A stretch of 62,397 bases of DNA, filler included, from Rhabdomonas costata (lineage: Eukaryota), in the NCBI GenBank assembly GCA_019059605.1. It is 26 parts of 26 records of this genome, joined end to end, with 100 filler letters (N's around TTAATTAATTAA, not from the genome) between each part and the next. Parts side by side here need not be neighbours in the genome. Positions count along the whole stretch, not along the records: positions 50,487 to 52,789 come from JAHMHO010004170.1; positions 52,890 to 55,192 come from JAHMHO010004171.1; positions 55,293 to 57,595 come from JAHMHO010004172.1; positions 57,696 to 59,998 come from JAHMHO010004173.1; positions 60,099 to 62,397 come from JAHMHO010004174.1; 21 more parts are not named here. One strand, 5' to 3'. Numbering within the stretch: position 1 is the first letter of the stretch; every line of letters starts with the position of its first letter. This document shows positions 50,487 through 62,397 of the stretch, one piece after another. The notes under the pieces are model-generated. The model worked only from the letters and a program-made list of their open reading frames with translations, ran no database searches and was not told the DNA's origin. Made by a program: the position numbers and the translations under genes.

Positions 50487-51053
50487 GGGGGTGTGGCATG
50501 GCACGGAAGATCAACTACACCGGGGACTGGATGATTGGCCTGTCGTGGTGCCTGCTTTGTGGGGTATCCCCTCCACAGCATTCGTCGCCATGCTCCGTCC
50601 GTTTCTGAGATGAAAAAGATTTTCGTGTTTTGGTCTTCAAGTTCGATTTTATGGGAATGTGTCGGCGAAGCGCTTCAAGAAGAACGTCGAAGGTATGAAA
50701 GTGATTTTGCATGAAGTTCATGACTTGTTCGGGTTTTCATCTTTTATAAAAAGTGTGTTTTTTCTTCCGGAGATCAAAGCCGAAACATGACCGGGTTTTA
50801 TCTATTTACACAAGGCCGCTGCGGGGCCGGTTTTACATGTCCACATTGTTCTAGCCTTTTGGGCCTTCACTGCTTTTCCTGTTGCTCTCTGCAGTTTCAC
50901 AGTCCCATGCCCTACTTCTACGCAACATACTTCGCCGCGCTGTTGATCCATCGCGCGCTGAGAGATGACCACACCTGCCAGTTGAAGTACGGCGCCGATT
51001 GGGACAAGTACAAGAAGCTGGTGCCTTACATGTTCATCCCCTACGTGGTGTGA
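50487..51053 (+). CDS. ERG24: ERG4/ERG24-family sterol reductase (probably C-14 reductase), C-terminus; exons 50487-50563, 50895-51053
   Basis: MARKINYTGDW...LCG/FHSPMPYFY..YF..LLIHRALRDDHTCQLKYGADWDKYKKLVPY.FIP; TGA stop. Confidence 0.88.
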
Positions 51054-52076
51054 GAAGATTGGTACCTCCTGAGGTGTTGATGTTGGACTGCGGAAGCGGA
51101 CTTGCCTCGCTTGCGACGCCTCCTTCGGAGCTGTCGTATCACGGGCCACGTCCTTTTCCGTGCGAGGCGTACGTACACTTGTCCCTAACTATCATCTCAT
51201 CAACAAGTATACAGGGTATATAGGAGATTGGGTAGGCGTTTCTTTGTTTTCTGCGGCCATTGGAATATATTGTTTATCCTGCGGTCAAGCGCGGTGCAGA
51301 CAGATTTTAACCGAACCTCTGGAGATGGTTAATTTTGGGACTCCAAAGAAAATTCTGCACGTGCGTGTTTAGGATGGCGATGCACTTGTCCCTTGAGACT
51401 TCAATAAAAGTAAAAGCGTTGCACGGAGTTAGGCACGTGTCCAATGTGGTTGCTTTGAATTGGCCGCAGAATAAACTTGATTTTGGACTAGGCAGGATAA
51501 ACATATGCCGCTGATATATAGGAGCGTTGCGTTGCCACTCTGTGGTTTCTGGCTCTTGTTCTCTGTGAAGACCGGATCTGCGCGACAGTAGTTGTAGTGT
51601 TATGGAACTTGTTTTTGTGGGAATGGTGGATTTTGCAGAAGTATGAAGACACACATATTCAGCCACCACCACGCTCACTCGGGTCACTTCACATCCCCTT
51701 CGCATGCCTGCAACCGCGTGAGGCGGTGTCCAGGTTTATCTCATTTCACATCCGGATTATCCGTCCACGGGGTGGGCGTTTCTCCATCTCCACAAGTGGG
51801 CATGCACATTGCCCTGCTTCCTAAATCGACAGGCGGAGGTGCCTTTTCATATCCTGTTATGCGTGCAAAGGATTTGTGTGATATCCTGGAGACAGCTGTG
51901 TACGAGCGGATGGAAGGTTTGCTTCTGTCTGGTGTCTGGCGCAATTTGTTTGCAAGGCGCTGTCATTTTTTGAAGGTATTCTGTGGTTTTCTGCGGGTGT
52001 TTTTGCCCGCGGTGCCTGCGGCTGTGGCTGCAGTAGCAGTAGAAGTAACTTGTCGGCTGTTTTCTTATGCACTACA

Positions 52077-52789
52077 ATGGCCTCCTGCTGGCGGCACTCA
52101 CCACAGCGGCTGTGGGTGGACGCCTCTCGCTCATCCCTGCCTCCACGCCCCAGGCCTCCCGCCCGGCCCCAGAAGGCGATTAAGGTCTCTTCTTCCTCCT
52201 CGGGCTCTGACTGTGACAGTGTCGTCGAAGACTGTGCGGAGCTCAGGCAGTGCACTTCTCGAGCTCTCTCTTACTCGCCGGCTCCGTCGAATGCTCCTGC
52301 TCACGTGGTCACATGGGAGCTCGCAACCTCTTCTTCTGAAGTTATGCCTTCCGAGCCTGTCGGCGCCTCAGAACGGCCGGCTGGCAGGATTGAAGGCGAG
52401 GCAAAGGTGGAGAGAAAGCCCGTTGAGAAGACGCTGAAGAGGCTGAGGAAGGTTCCTGGTATTCTGCTGCTTGCTAATAGAGCATTCGAGAGAGTGATTG
52501 AAAAAAGGAGGGAGCTGCGGCTTTCCCTGGCTTCCCAGTGGGACCAGCAGTGGTTGCACGTGCTGCTTACCCTTTTCGAGCCGAAGGGGGCTTTCCATGA
52601 ATGTGTCATCAGCGCTCCCACTCTTCACCATTTCCACGTCCTTCATCCAGAGAGAGAGGGAGGAAGCGAGAGTGAGCTCCCTTCTGTACCCTGTCAATGT
52701 GTTCCCACAGCTTCTGCTTGGCTTTGCTCAGGATCTGCACTGCTCTTCAACCTGAGGACTCGGTGTAGGTATCCTTCACCCCCCACAAC
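52077..52789 (+). CDS. Hypothetical protein, long first exon
   Basis: Frame open from ATG 52077 to contig end (>230 codons); no family recognised. Confidence 0.45.
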
Positions 52790-53504
52790 NNNNNNNNNNN
52801 NNNNNNNNNNNNNNNNNNNNNNNNNNNNNNNNNTTAATTAATTAANNNNNNNNNNNNNNNNNNNNNNNNNNNNNNNNNNNNNNNNNNNNTGGGTCCAGGA
52901 TTTCTGTGCCATGCCGGTCCGAACATTCCTCCTCCTCATCGTTTCCTTTACTTCCAGCTCACACGGGGGTCGCCCCACTCTGTGCTCTGTGTTTGACGAC
53001 GTGTGGTATATGTGCTTTGGCTTTATGCACTCGCCTCCATCCACGCAGTGGTTTCTGTTATGCTTTCGTTTTTTTGTCTGTGTCATTGGGTGCGGAAACA
53101 GAGACCACCTTGGCGGGTTCCTCAATTTGCCCGTTTCTGGTACGGTTAATTCGTTTTCGACGAGCTCGCAGTGATGAAGGGCCGGAGTGGGACGACCCAA
53201 AGCGAGCGAGAAAAAAGAAAAAAGTAAGCCCCCGACAAAAGTAATCCCCCCTCCTCCTTCACATCGCCGCCTGCTGGATTCACACATGTGCGTAAGCTCG
53301 AGAACTGCATGGGACATGTCCTGAGAAAGGAACACCACAGTGGGACATTGCCAAATCTCAGGGCATGTGGATCAAGCGAATTAAGCGCGTCTTATAGGCT
53401 TATAACACGTTTTTGTGCTGCACCTGACACGATCAATTCACCGTGTTAAAAGGTTGAAACTGCTGTTCCCTGCGAATGAGTACGCACACACACACACACC
53501 TCAG

Positions 53505-54930
53505 GAGCTACTTCCGGGTTTCGCGCTGCACTTCTACCCCCTCGGCTTGAACCTCAACGATGACATTATCAACGGCCTGCACAACCAGACGAACCCCAAA
53601 GCTTGGCACATGCACACGTACTCCTCGTACACCTGGATGAACCAGCTCTTGGGCTATGACATCTACAGGCACCCCGCGCTGTCCCAGCTGACCTACATCC
53701 TCAGGCTGGATGACGACATCCGGGCATGTTTTTTCGGGCGGAGGAGGGTGTTTAGCGTCTTGGAAGTGTGTAGAACGGTGCACGGCGAGCCTTCGCTTTG
53801 TTCTTGGATTCTCATAGCCAAGTAATGGAGCACATCTTCACTCCACTTTCCTCCACTTTTCTCATTGCTCGCTCCCTCTCCCCTTCTCCGCGATTACATC
53901 CACTATTGTTTATTGACGTATGTAGAAATGTGACTGAAGTTTAGGAGTGTTGTTTAGGCGGTAGGTCGTTACAACAAAAAGCCACCAATCGTTCCTGGTT
54001 GCCGTATTTATCAGCCGTAAACATGAACTGGTAGTATGATCGAGCTGTGTGGGGGACGCAGCCTATGCAAGGGCAAGTGCGCTGCATAATTGTGATCCGC
54101 TGTACAGCTTGAAACTGTCCTTGCTTCGAAGGTGGTCGTCATCTTGTCCCCCTCCCTCTCTCCCGACATCTGTGGGAGATAATCCTGGGTTTGTGCGATG
54201 TCACTGTACAGGTGGACACGCCCTCTTCGTATGACCTCTTCGTCGACATGGCTGCTCGGAGGGTCGAGGTGGGCTGGGTGCAGGCCTATCGGGATTCATT
54301 CCTGGCCCGGCCCTTCACATCAGTGCTGGACAAGCTCACCCGAAGGCACGCTAATCTTCAGTTTGGTTGATCATGGGTTGTCAAGCCATGCCCAAACCGA
54401 ACCTTCTTCCTCATTAATGCATAGCCGTTGGTTGGGAGGTGGATGTGGTGTTCGAAGATGTCCATTTCGGTCTTTTTTATGCTTAAGTACGGTGTGGGTG
54501 CTGTTGTAAACCCTCCGTTGCTTGGCGCAAGAAGCGGCGCAAATGATGAATGAAATACCGCCGGAATGCGGCCAGGGGCACCACTATTGATCGAGGTTGA
54601 AAGGTGAGAAAACAGGTCACGCAGCGTTCGGGAGACCCCCCAGGTTTGTTTCGGCATAGCCCTCAACGGCTCACTCCATTCTTCTTGTTATGCCTTATTT
54701 TTCTTGATTTTGTGGGGTGATGGGGGGACGATGCAGGGCAGGGGATTGCTTTTCTTGCCTCGCGCACACAGGTTTGTTTGCTCTCCGGCACGGAGGTTCC
54801 CGCTGTCCTGGGTATGGAACCACACTCACCCCCAGTTCCACATGGTCGCCGGAAACAGCGAGATGTACGCCCTCCGGGTGTTCCAGAACCAGCACTACCT
54901 GGACTACCTCCACTTCATTCAGCTCTGGCG
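53505..54930 (+). CDS. GT15 (KRE2/MNT1-like) alpha-1,2-mannosyltransferase; exons 53505-53723, 54212-54345, 54772-~54930
   Basis: Y.WMN...IYRHPAL..LTYILRLDDDIR/VDTPSSYDLFVDM...GNSEM...VFQ...YLDYLHFI; both introns best read as GC-AG. Confidence 0.8.
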
Positions 54931-55292
54931 GTGGAACCTCTCCCCTCTTGCCCTTTGGTGAAACCCAATAAAAAGGTCGTCGAAGGGAAAGTTTTCGTGG
55001 ATGTTTTATCGAAATGTCACGGCACTGCGGCAGAACGGGTCAACATGGTGCAACAACGGCGAACGGGCGCTCGGACAGCATGCACGTTGATAAATATACT
55101 GGCTGAAAGACAAACCGGCAAGGTGAGGTAACTCCAACACAGTCCTCACTTCCATTCTCTCTGCGCTGAGCTCCGCACTGCTACCACCACCCNNNNNNNN
55201 NNNNNNNNNNNNNNNNNNNNNNNNNNNNNNNNNNNNTTAATTAATTAANNNNNNNNNNNNNNNNNNNNNNNNNNNNNNNNNNNNNNNNNNNN

Positions 55293-55840
55293 GGTGGTGG
55301 TGGGACGAACGTTCAGCTGCCATAGAATTTCTAGTCCTTCGATCCCGCTGGCCACGGCGTCGTTCAGGGGCAACCCGCGGACTCCGGAGGAGGTCAGCTC
55401 GGTGACTTGGTTGCACATCGGGCACGCCAGGTGTGCGTTCACTCTGAGAGATGTAAAACAAAGGCGGTAAAAAAGAGAGCTGCTGTTGACAGAGGAAATC
55501 TCTTCGGGAACCGCTGGGAACCGTTGAGACTCAATTGACGGTGACCTTACCAGGCGCGGGCAATAGAGAAGTAAAAATACGACTCCAGTCGGTAGGAGCT
55601 AACCTTATCAATTACTGTGCCACATCCCGCCATGGAATTGAGATCGGTAAACCGGCCGACCTTCAGAGCGGTAGATTCAGTCAGTCTTTGAAATAAAGGC
55701 GAGGGAGCATGGCCTTCAGGAGTTCACCACCTGATTTTCTGCAGGCACAGCTCACAGAAGGTGTGCGCGCAGCCCAGCATCCGGCTCTGGCGGCCCAGGT
55801 ACGTCTCGAAGCAGATCGGGCATTCAAATGGAGTGGCCAT
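55293..55840 (-). CDS. N-terminal C3HC4 RING finger protein (TRIM-like); exons 55840-55731, 55443-55293
   Basis: MATPFECPICF...LGCAHTFCELCL..IR/VNAHLACPMC...GVRGLPLN; GT-AG intron. Confidence 0.92.
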
Positions 55841-56369
55841 TTTGATGTGACCACTGTGAAAAAAATCTACGCCGACGCAGGGTGCAAATTCACTGTGATG
55901 CTTGAAAACCCAGGCATTGCAAGATGGTGAAAGCGTAGCAATGTTGAAGCGAGGCGTGTTTTGGGTGGGGATTGCGTCGTTTTAGGTCTCGCCTCAATCT
56001 ATTCTCAAATGAAAAGTCTCTGAATATCCAGTCGAAAGAAGGGAGGTTTTCCAGGCATATGTGCTGCCCAAGTCCAAATGCAAGGCACGACCGAACCTTG
56101 GCACATTGTCAATCCCGTACCGCGACACATCAAAGGGGCTGAGAACTGGGAAAGAATGCAGCCCATTGTTCCATTCATATGCTGCACACAACCTATTGCA
56201 CTTAATGAAATGGGGCACAAAAAGCAATTTCAGTCTTCAACCTTAACATTCAAACAACCAACGATGTCACGTCTAGAAATGCAGCAAATCCTTCATCAGC
56301 GCTACTGTTGAAATCGCGGAAGATCTAAGAATCCAAGAATATCCAAGAAGGTGAGGCTAGGAAGAAAGA

Positions 56370-57590
56370 CGGTTCCGCCAACGCCTGTACTCCGACGTTA
56401 CTAATCAGGTATCACAGTGGCACTGTTTCAGAGCTTGGTCCATGACACATACAGAAAAGCACGAAACAACGCCATGTTACTAATCAGGATGCTACTCACT
56501 TTCAAGGAAGTAAGGTTGGGAACAAATGCCGCGAAAGCTTGCATTCCGGCGTCACTAATCTCTTTTCGGCTGAGATCCAAGGAGGGATGGGCAATCGCTT
56601 CCATTCCTGCAGTACTGATCTTATTCGCGCACCTTTTTTTTGTTCACCTTCAAGAAGAAATTGGGGGGAAAGGGACAATAGAGTGCATTCCTGGATCACT
56701 GATCACTTATTCGCGCTGACATCCAAAAAGCTAAGGTTGGAAACGAGCGAGGAAGCGGCAATTGCTTGCAATCCAACGTCGCCGATTTTATTCGCGCTGA
56801 CGTCTAAGGAGGTGAAGTTCGAAAAAACGAGGAATTTCAACAACACTGATTTCATACATGTGTGTGTGCGCTCGGTGTTGGTTGGTATCCCAGGTTGATG
56901 GCGGGGTCCTGCTACACTCACTTGTACAGTAAAGCTGCAACTTACAGAACTGCTGCGTGAATGCACATGTGGACCTCAACCCCGTAGCCCGGAGCTCCTC
57001 CCACGCCAGTCGGAAAGTGGGGCGCCCACTATCCGGAAGGGCATCCGGAAGGGCTTCATAGATGACTTTCTCTGCACGCTTCGCCCAAGCAAAGCGCTGT
57101 CCCACATGAGGCCGATATAACAGCACGGCGAGCTCGGGGCCTTAAAGAGACCCGCGGAAGTTCAAAATAGCTCGACTCTCAGTGCTTCTAAGACCAACGA
57201 CTCTCACCCTCGGGCGTGTACGATGCGAGGCACGGTCCATGAGGACCCCAGACGCGCAGTGCGACTACCCCTGGGGAAGGGGACAGGCGCTTGGGATACG
57301 TCAACTCTGGACAAATCGTTACCGGTCAGGCTACCGGCTACCGGCCCCAATGCGACTTGTAGCCACTGATTTCATTGGACTGCATTGGAAGAAGCAGGAA
57401 GCGGCGATTGGTTACGTTCCGGCGTCAACGATCTTGACGGATTGTCGATAAAGGAACTGAAATTGGGGAAGAAAGTGGAAGCGATATTGCTTCCATTCCT
57501 GCGTCACCGATCTCGTCCAAGCTCACATTCAAGCTGAGTTCGGGACCAAATAGAAGTGGCCATTGCTATCATTCTTACAGCGTCGACCCA
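56370..57590 (-). pseudogene. Degenerate RI-like leucine-rich repeat gene
   Basis: Repeats NFTSLDVSANKIGDVGLQAIA, LDLSRKEISDAGMQAFA, LNVSLDEIGDAGMEAI with stops and frameshifts; non-LRR block ~56830-57290. Confidence 0.7.
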
Positions 57591-57695
57591 CAAACNNNNN
57601 NNNNNNNNNNNNNNNNNNNNNNNNNNNNNNNNNNNNNNNTTAATTAATTAANNNNNNNNNNNNNNNNNNNNNNNNNNNNNNNNNNNNNNNNNNNN

Positions 57696-58974
57696 TTGTG
57701 GGTTGGTTCGAGGGCCCGGTCACCCGGATCTCTCCCGCCAAGAAATCCGCCACAGTGTACTTTAAGGAAGGGTGTGCTGCGGCTGCGTCTGCCAGCCGTG
57801 TGGACTCTAGCGATTTCATTTTTTCGTTCGTTTTCGTTCCTGACTTCTTGACGTCTGGCTGCGATATCCTCACCGTGGTGTCATGCTCAGCAGAATGTTG
57901 GCTGAGGACTGGGACAGTGGGCAAGTGAGGGCTGTGGAGTGGTAGTGAGCGTCCTTGGCTGGCTGTGTGATTGTCGCCCTCTATGGGCACTGTAGTTCAT
58001 CGTGCCACCTATTTCTTCTTTTCTTTCTGCTGCTTGTGTCATAATTTAGGCCTGCCTGCCGTTTCTTTGCTTTTTTCGTTGAAATTTTACAATCACAGGC
58101 CTGTTTTCGCGACGAGAGGCATTTAAATTTCTCTTCGATTTTGGCGTAGCGCTGCCACCAAAACCGCTCTTTTTTTTTTGCTAAGGTATTACGAGATCAC
58201 CGATGGCAACAAGTTTAACCTGTTGGAGCATCCAACTGACTCCGACGACGACGGAGATGGCGATGGGCAACGAAAATCTGGGTGCACTGCGTGCACACCC
58301 AGGAATCATTCCAACAATAGCACTGGAAATATGCAAAGGATTGAGGACCTCGCGTAATAATGGGCCCAAGCTCCTTGTCCATGGGAGCTGAAATACAATG
58401 AACGCCCCCCCCCCCTCGGGGCTATCCACAAGTCGGATCGCTGCTTAGTCGGAAATTCCGTACATACGTTCGTCGTTGGCCGGATTGCTCTCCACTCCAC
58501 GAGGTGTTGGTGTCCGAGTTTTTCCTTGGAATGGAGCCTATTCATGGATTTGTTTTGCACATTCCTCCACTTCTTTCGATCGTTCGTTTGATTTCTTTTG
58601 TTCTGTTCCTTGTTTTTCCCGGTGGTTATTCTGCCTTTTCTCGCAGAATCGGCTCTACGAGTGCCGCTCTGGAGGACGAAGGTCAGCCACACCCCAAACC
58701 CTGCTCGTTGCCCACATCTCTTTGAGGGCGTGAAGATCGGGACAGGTTATCTCTGTCATGTCTCTCTCTTTGTCTGCTCACCTTAGCGCGGTCCCCCTTG
58801 CACCGCCTCGCTCACGCTGCCACCCGGGACTCCTCCCCTCCGCGAGCTAAGCCTCGGACCCTTTGCCCTGAGCTTCGCGGGGTTGATGCCCCACCACCGC
58901 CACTGCACGGGCCGGAGGCGTGTGGGAGTCTTCTGAATATGGGACCGACACTCCCTGGGAATCCCTCCCACTGA
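57696..58974 (+). CDS. Hypothetical protein with Tudor-like segment; exons 57696-57773, 57891-57924, 58186-58281, 58647-58681, 58787-58974
   Basis: WFEGPVTRISPAKKSATVYFKEG/SECW.../YYEITDG; four phase-compatible GT-AG introns. Confidence 0.45.
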
Positions 58975-59448
58975 CCCCTTTCCTTGCGTTCCGGCAGCAG
59001 CTCCCTGTTTGCTTGGGCTCATGTAGAGATAAAGCTGTGGGGATGATGACGTTTGTGATTTTGACGGTATCAAAAGGATGTGCCAGGCTGTTGCTGTACC
59101 TGCCTGACCGTTGGGGTGGTCCTCGAAGAGGATCGGGAAATCGAAGAAACCTGAAGTTGGGGACATCTGACAAAATGCGCCATAAACGAGTTCGATTCAT
59201 AGTCTGGAAATCTGGAGCTTGGCGCTGCCATGCCAGAATCTTCGACTCAAGGATCATGGATCCCTCTTGCTTGAGTTTGCACTTACTCCCTTGCAATCTG
59301 ATAGAAGCCTTTACCCCGCCAATGGACCTTCAATCAGAAGCTGGAATGGGATCTGTTTTTTTTCTCCATGATATTTTCCTGCCGAATCTCCTTCTTTCGG
59401 TCAGGTGCACCAATTTGAGCACCCCCCCCCCTTCTTGCCTTCTCACCA

Positions 59449-59775
59449 ATGGCGGGCTCTCGGCACGCCGTTTCGGGCGCGCGGAACTTTATGATGCTCC
59501 TTTTGGGAGCTCCGGGCAGCGGCAAGGGCACCTACGCCGGGGTGATCAGCCGGAGGCTGGGCCTGACCCATCTGGCAACTGGGGACCTTGTGCGGGCGGA
59601 GATCCACTCCGGGTCCGCCCTGGGCAAGGCCATCCGCGGGCAGGCCGAGCGAGGTGAGCTGGTGCAGGACGGCCTGGTCGCGGAGCTGCTGCGAGCGGAG
59701 CTGCTGAGGCTGCAGCGTGAGAAGGAGGGGGCTAATGGGGTGAAGGTGGTCCTGGAGGGGTTTCCCCGAACGCTG
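59449..59775 (+). CDS. ADK: Adenylate kinase, first exon
   Basis: LLGAPGSGKGT...HLATGDLVRAEI...GELVQD...LEGFPRTL, then GT donor. Confidence 0.95.
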
Positions 59776-60959
59776 GTGTCTTTTTATCCATCCAAAGTTG
59801 TGCTCGTTACCCGCCTTCTTGTGTATGAAGGCATATGTGATATCGTTCCCTGTTAGCTGATTTTTACCAAATTCCGATGAAACAGGGTTCCTTTGATTGA
59901 TTTTGAATTTTTTCCATGTATCCTTCCCTCCCTTCAACCCTTCAGGAGACTTGTGGACAAGCATCATTCCTTCCGTCGAGATTCGGTCCCCCCACCCCNN
60001 NNNNNNNNNNNNNNNNNNNNNNNNNNNNNNNNNNNNNNNNNNTTAATTAATTAANNNNNNNNNNNNNNNNNNNNNNNNNNNNNNNNNNNNNNNNNNNNTC
60101 CACGTTCTCCACGTCACCCTCTGTAGCCGCTGTGTCACTCGGCATCCATCCCTGGCGCATTCCCCTTCCTGTAAGGGTAAAGTGTGGTTGCCATCGTCGG
60201 TGGTCGGGCTAGGCGGCCCTCCACTTCGGAGTATTGCCACAGGGTAGGGTTGATACCCGGTGCCCAGCTTCAACATCCAACGTTGAGGGTAAGGGTTCGG
60301 GTCATGGTGGATGCGCCAACACAACTCCAGCGCTGTGTGTGGACCGTTGCCCCTGCTGACCTCAGCATCTACCTTCAACCGTCCGGTTGCTGTGGGTTTG
60401 GCGTTGCCCCATCATACACTCGTTACCCTGCTGCCTCGTCTCCGTACTTCGGCGGTTGGGCTGAACCTGACGTCCCGGTTGGGTACAGAGTCGTTGTTCT
60501 GCCCACGCGCTATGGGTGGTTGCGTCGTAACTTATCCGCTTTTTGGGGTTGGAAGACGTGATAGCGGTTGTGGTCACGAATCCTGCCCCCGACGACCGGT
60601 GGTCCCTATAGTTAGTCATGTGGTGGTGGGCTCCTTGTCAGTCACCACTATTATCTTACGGGACAATCAAAAGAACATCAAGGGTTTCTGCTTAGCTTAG
60701 CAGGAATTCTATTTGGCATAACACAGGTCGGGTACGACCTCAGCTCCGGTGTTGGTGGTCTCATGCGAATCTTCCCCTTTTGCAACCCGTACCTGATAAT
60801 GTTCGCGCGCACCACCGCCCCAGCTCAACGGTTTCTGCGACGGATGGATCTAAAGAGCGGCTTTGGTAAGTTGACACCCTTTCTTTTGGAAGGAATACCA
60901 CCGGAAAAACGAAGCGATCAGCACCTGACGATCGCGCCGTTGTCACACAAAGAAACAAC

Positions 60960-62397
60960 GCTATAGCACACAGCTAGGCAGAAGGCCAAACACTAGACAC
61001 GAATGCCGGAACACGGGACAAGAACCCGGGACACGAACCCACACAAACACTTACACGCAGTACCACAACACAACCACAGCACACCACACACCAACCCACA
61101 CCATAACCCAACCCACCCACAGCTCAACACAAACACACACACACACCAACAGCCTCAACCTCCGGCGCTTAACCCGAAACCGACAACGACACCGACACCG
61201 ACACCGAATCTATGAGCCAACCAGTCCACACCCAACCACTACCCTGCCCTACACCTACCACATACCCTGTACCAACCCCTAGAATACAAGAAGAACACAC
61301 GCGCGCGCACGAAGACCGAAACCCTAGACACATGGATACGAACCTCGGATTGCAAAGCCTTACAGGAAGGCATTAAACCGTGACCATAACCACAGCCCAG
61401 CGCACTAACAGGAGAACTAACCAAGACACAAAGCAAACACACACACCCACGAAACCCGGCAAGAAATGGAATGACATTCACAGCAAGAGCCGTAACGAAT
61501 AGCAATTAATGAAGTCCTCATTAGAAACCGCACGAAACACCAAGGAACCACACGCGACAAACAAAGTCTGATCACAAGCACCATACGAACCATACACAGA
61601 TCCAACGCACCACTACCAACCAACAGATAATCCTTACCGCTCAGCTCCCAATACCACTGATGACACACTGCGGAATCAAAATCCCCACAAAAACACGCAA
61701 AATCCACACCAATGTAACCGCATGCAACGTAGCCATAGCATGCACCAACCCCAAACAAAGAAACAAAACAGTCCCTTCCAGAACATCTCCAACACCGAAT
61801 GCTACGCCAAAATGCACAGCCCCAACCCTAAGAACCCAAAACGACGCCACCTACACGACAGCTACACACAGACCACCAGTAAATTCAGCCTAGAGAACAC
61901 CTTTTCATCCAGCAAATAGCCCTTAAGGACAACGACACGAAGAGTAATAAAATGTAGCAAAGAAAACTGCATCACAGCGGAGCCAGAAGGAAGAACGGAA
62001 GACAAAATTCCAAATAGCTGAGGGAATACCCACACCACCAACGCAGAGACAGAACACGAAAAGGAGACGCGAAATCAAACCCCAAATTCCAGGACCCCAA
62101 CCAAAAAGACGTACCCAACAACCCATAGACCGAATGCAGAACCCAGACCACGAATGCATGAACACCAGAAGGCCGAATACCCATAAGATGAATGACCTAT
62201 CCACCGCACCCTGAACCACGACTCGCAACCCCACCTGAAGACCCACGCCAACACCACCCTCAATCAGCAACACCAATAGACCATACGCACTGAACCATGA
62301 CAACGATACGCGACTCAAACACAAACACCAGATTCCCAAAAACTAAGACCCACGGAATTCCCGACACCCATTTGTAAGCCAAAGTAGAGGAAGTAAG
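60960..62397. repeat. Strongly strand-skewed C/A-rich low-complexity DNA; similar at 29270-29655 and, as G/T-rich, 38478-39240 and 40881-41100
   Basis: Composition; scattered ACCCTA/TAAGGG/TTAGGG-like words. Confidence 0.7.

Noticed and set aside
26449..55192. Glycosylation 'cluster' (sugar transporter, ManC, GT15) or any other operon-like grouping
   Set aside because: Genes lie on separate contigs of near-identical length; adjacency is artificial
1..62397. Alternative genetic code
   Set aside because: No in-frame stops in conserved exons; TAA and TGA end recognisable genes, and TAG ends a probable terminal exon

Overview
This window is not one locus. It is 26 unrelated contigs of about 2.3 kb joined by 100-nt artificial spacers (44 N + TTAATTAATTAA + 44 N). 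The DNA is nuclear DNA of an intron-rich, flagellated eukaryote using the standard code. It is possibly a euglenozoan (inference from the Hsp70 N-terminus, a degenerate class III cyclase, AG acceptors just before start codons and a CRE-like retroelement). Most contigs start with G/T-only bases and end with C/A-only bases, the mark of K-primer whole-genome amplification. Manual splicing recovers fragments of Hsp70, TOR, Tam41, IFT43, a pseudo-cyclase, a jacalin-like protein, an FkbM methyltransferase, a MAPKKK, an ABCG/PDR transporter, a nucleotide-sugar transporter, a hybrid histidine kinase, a bacterial-type ManC, a cation/H+ antiporter, cytoplasmic dynein intermediate chain, importin-5, an ERG24-type sterol reductase, a GT15 mannosyltransferase, a RING protein and adenylate kinase. 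Decayed transposons are also present. The most notable observations are: a -1 frameshift on an in-phase G_GGU_UUU slippery heptamer in the ABCG gene, frequent GC-AG introns plus a possible GA donor, many unrelated long hairpin/MITE elements in non-coding (probably intronic) DNA, a dispersed CCCH zinc-finger repeat, and an intron-containing proteobacterial-type manC. No single new multi-gene system can be claimed, because neighbouring contigs are not linked. All family assignments come from motif recognition by eye, not database searches.
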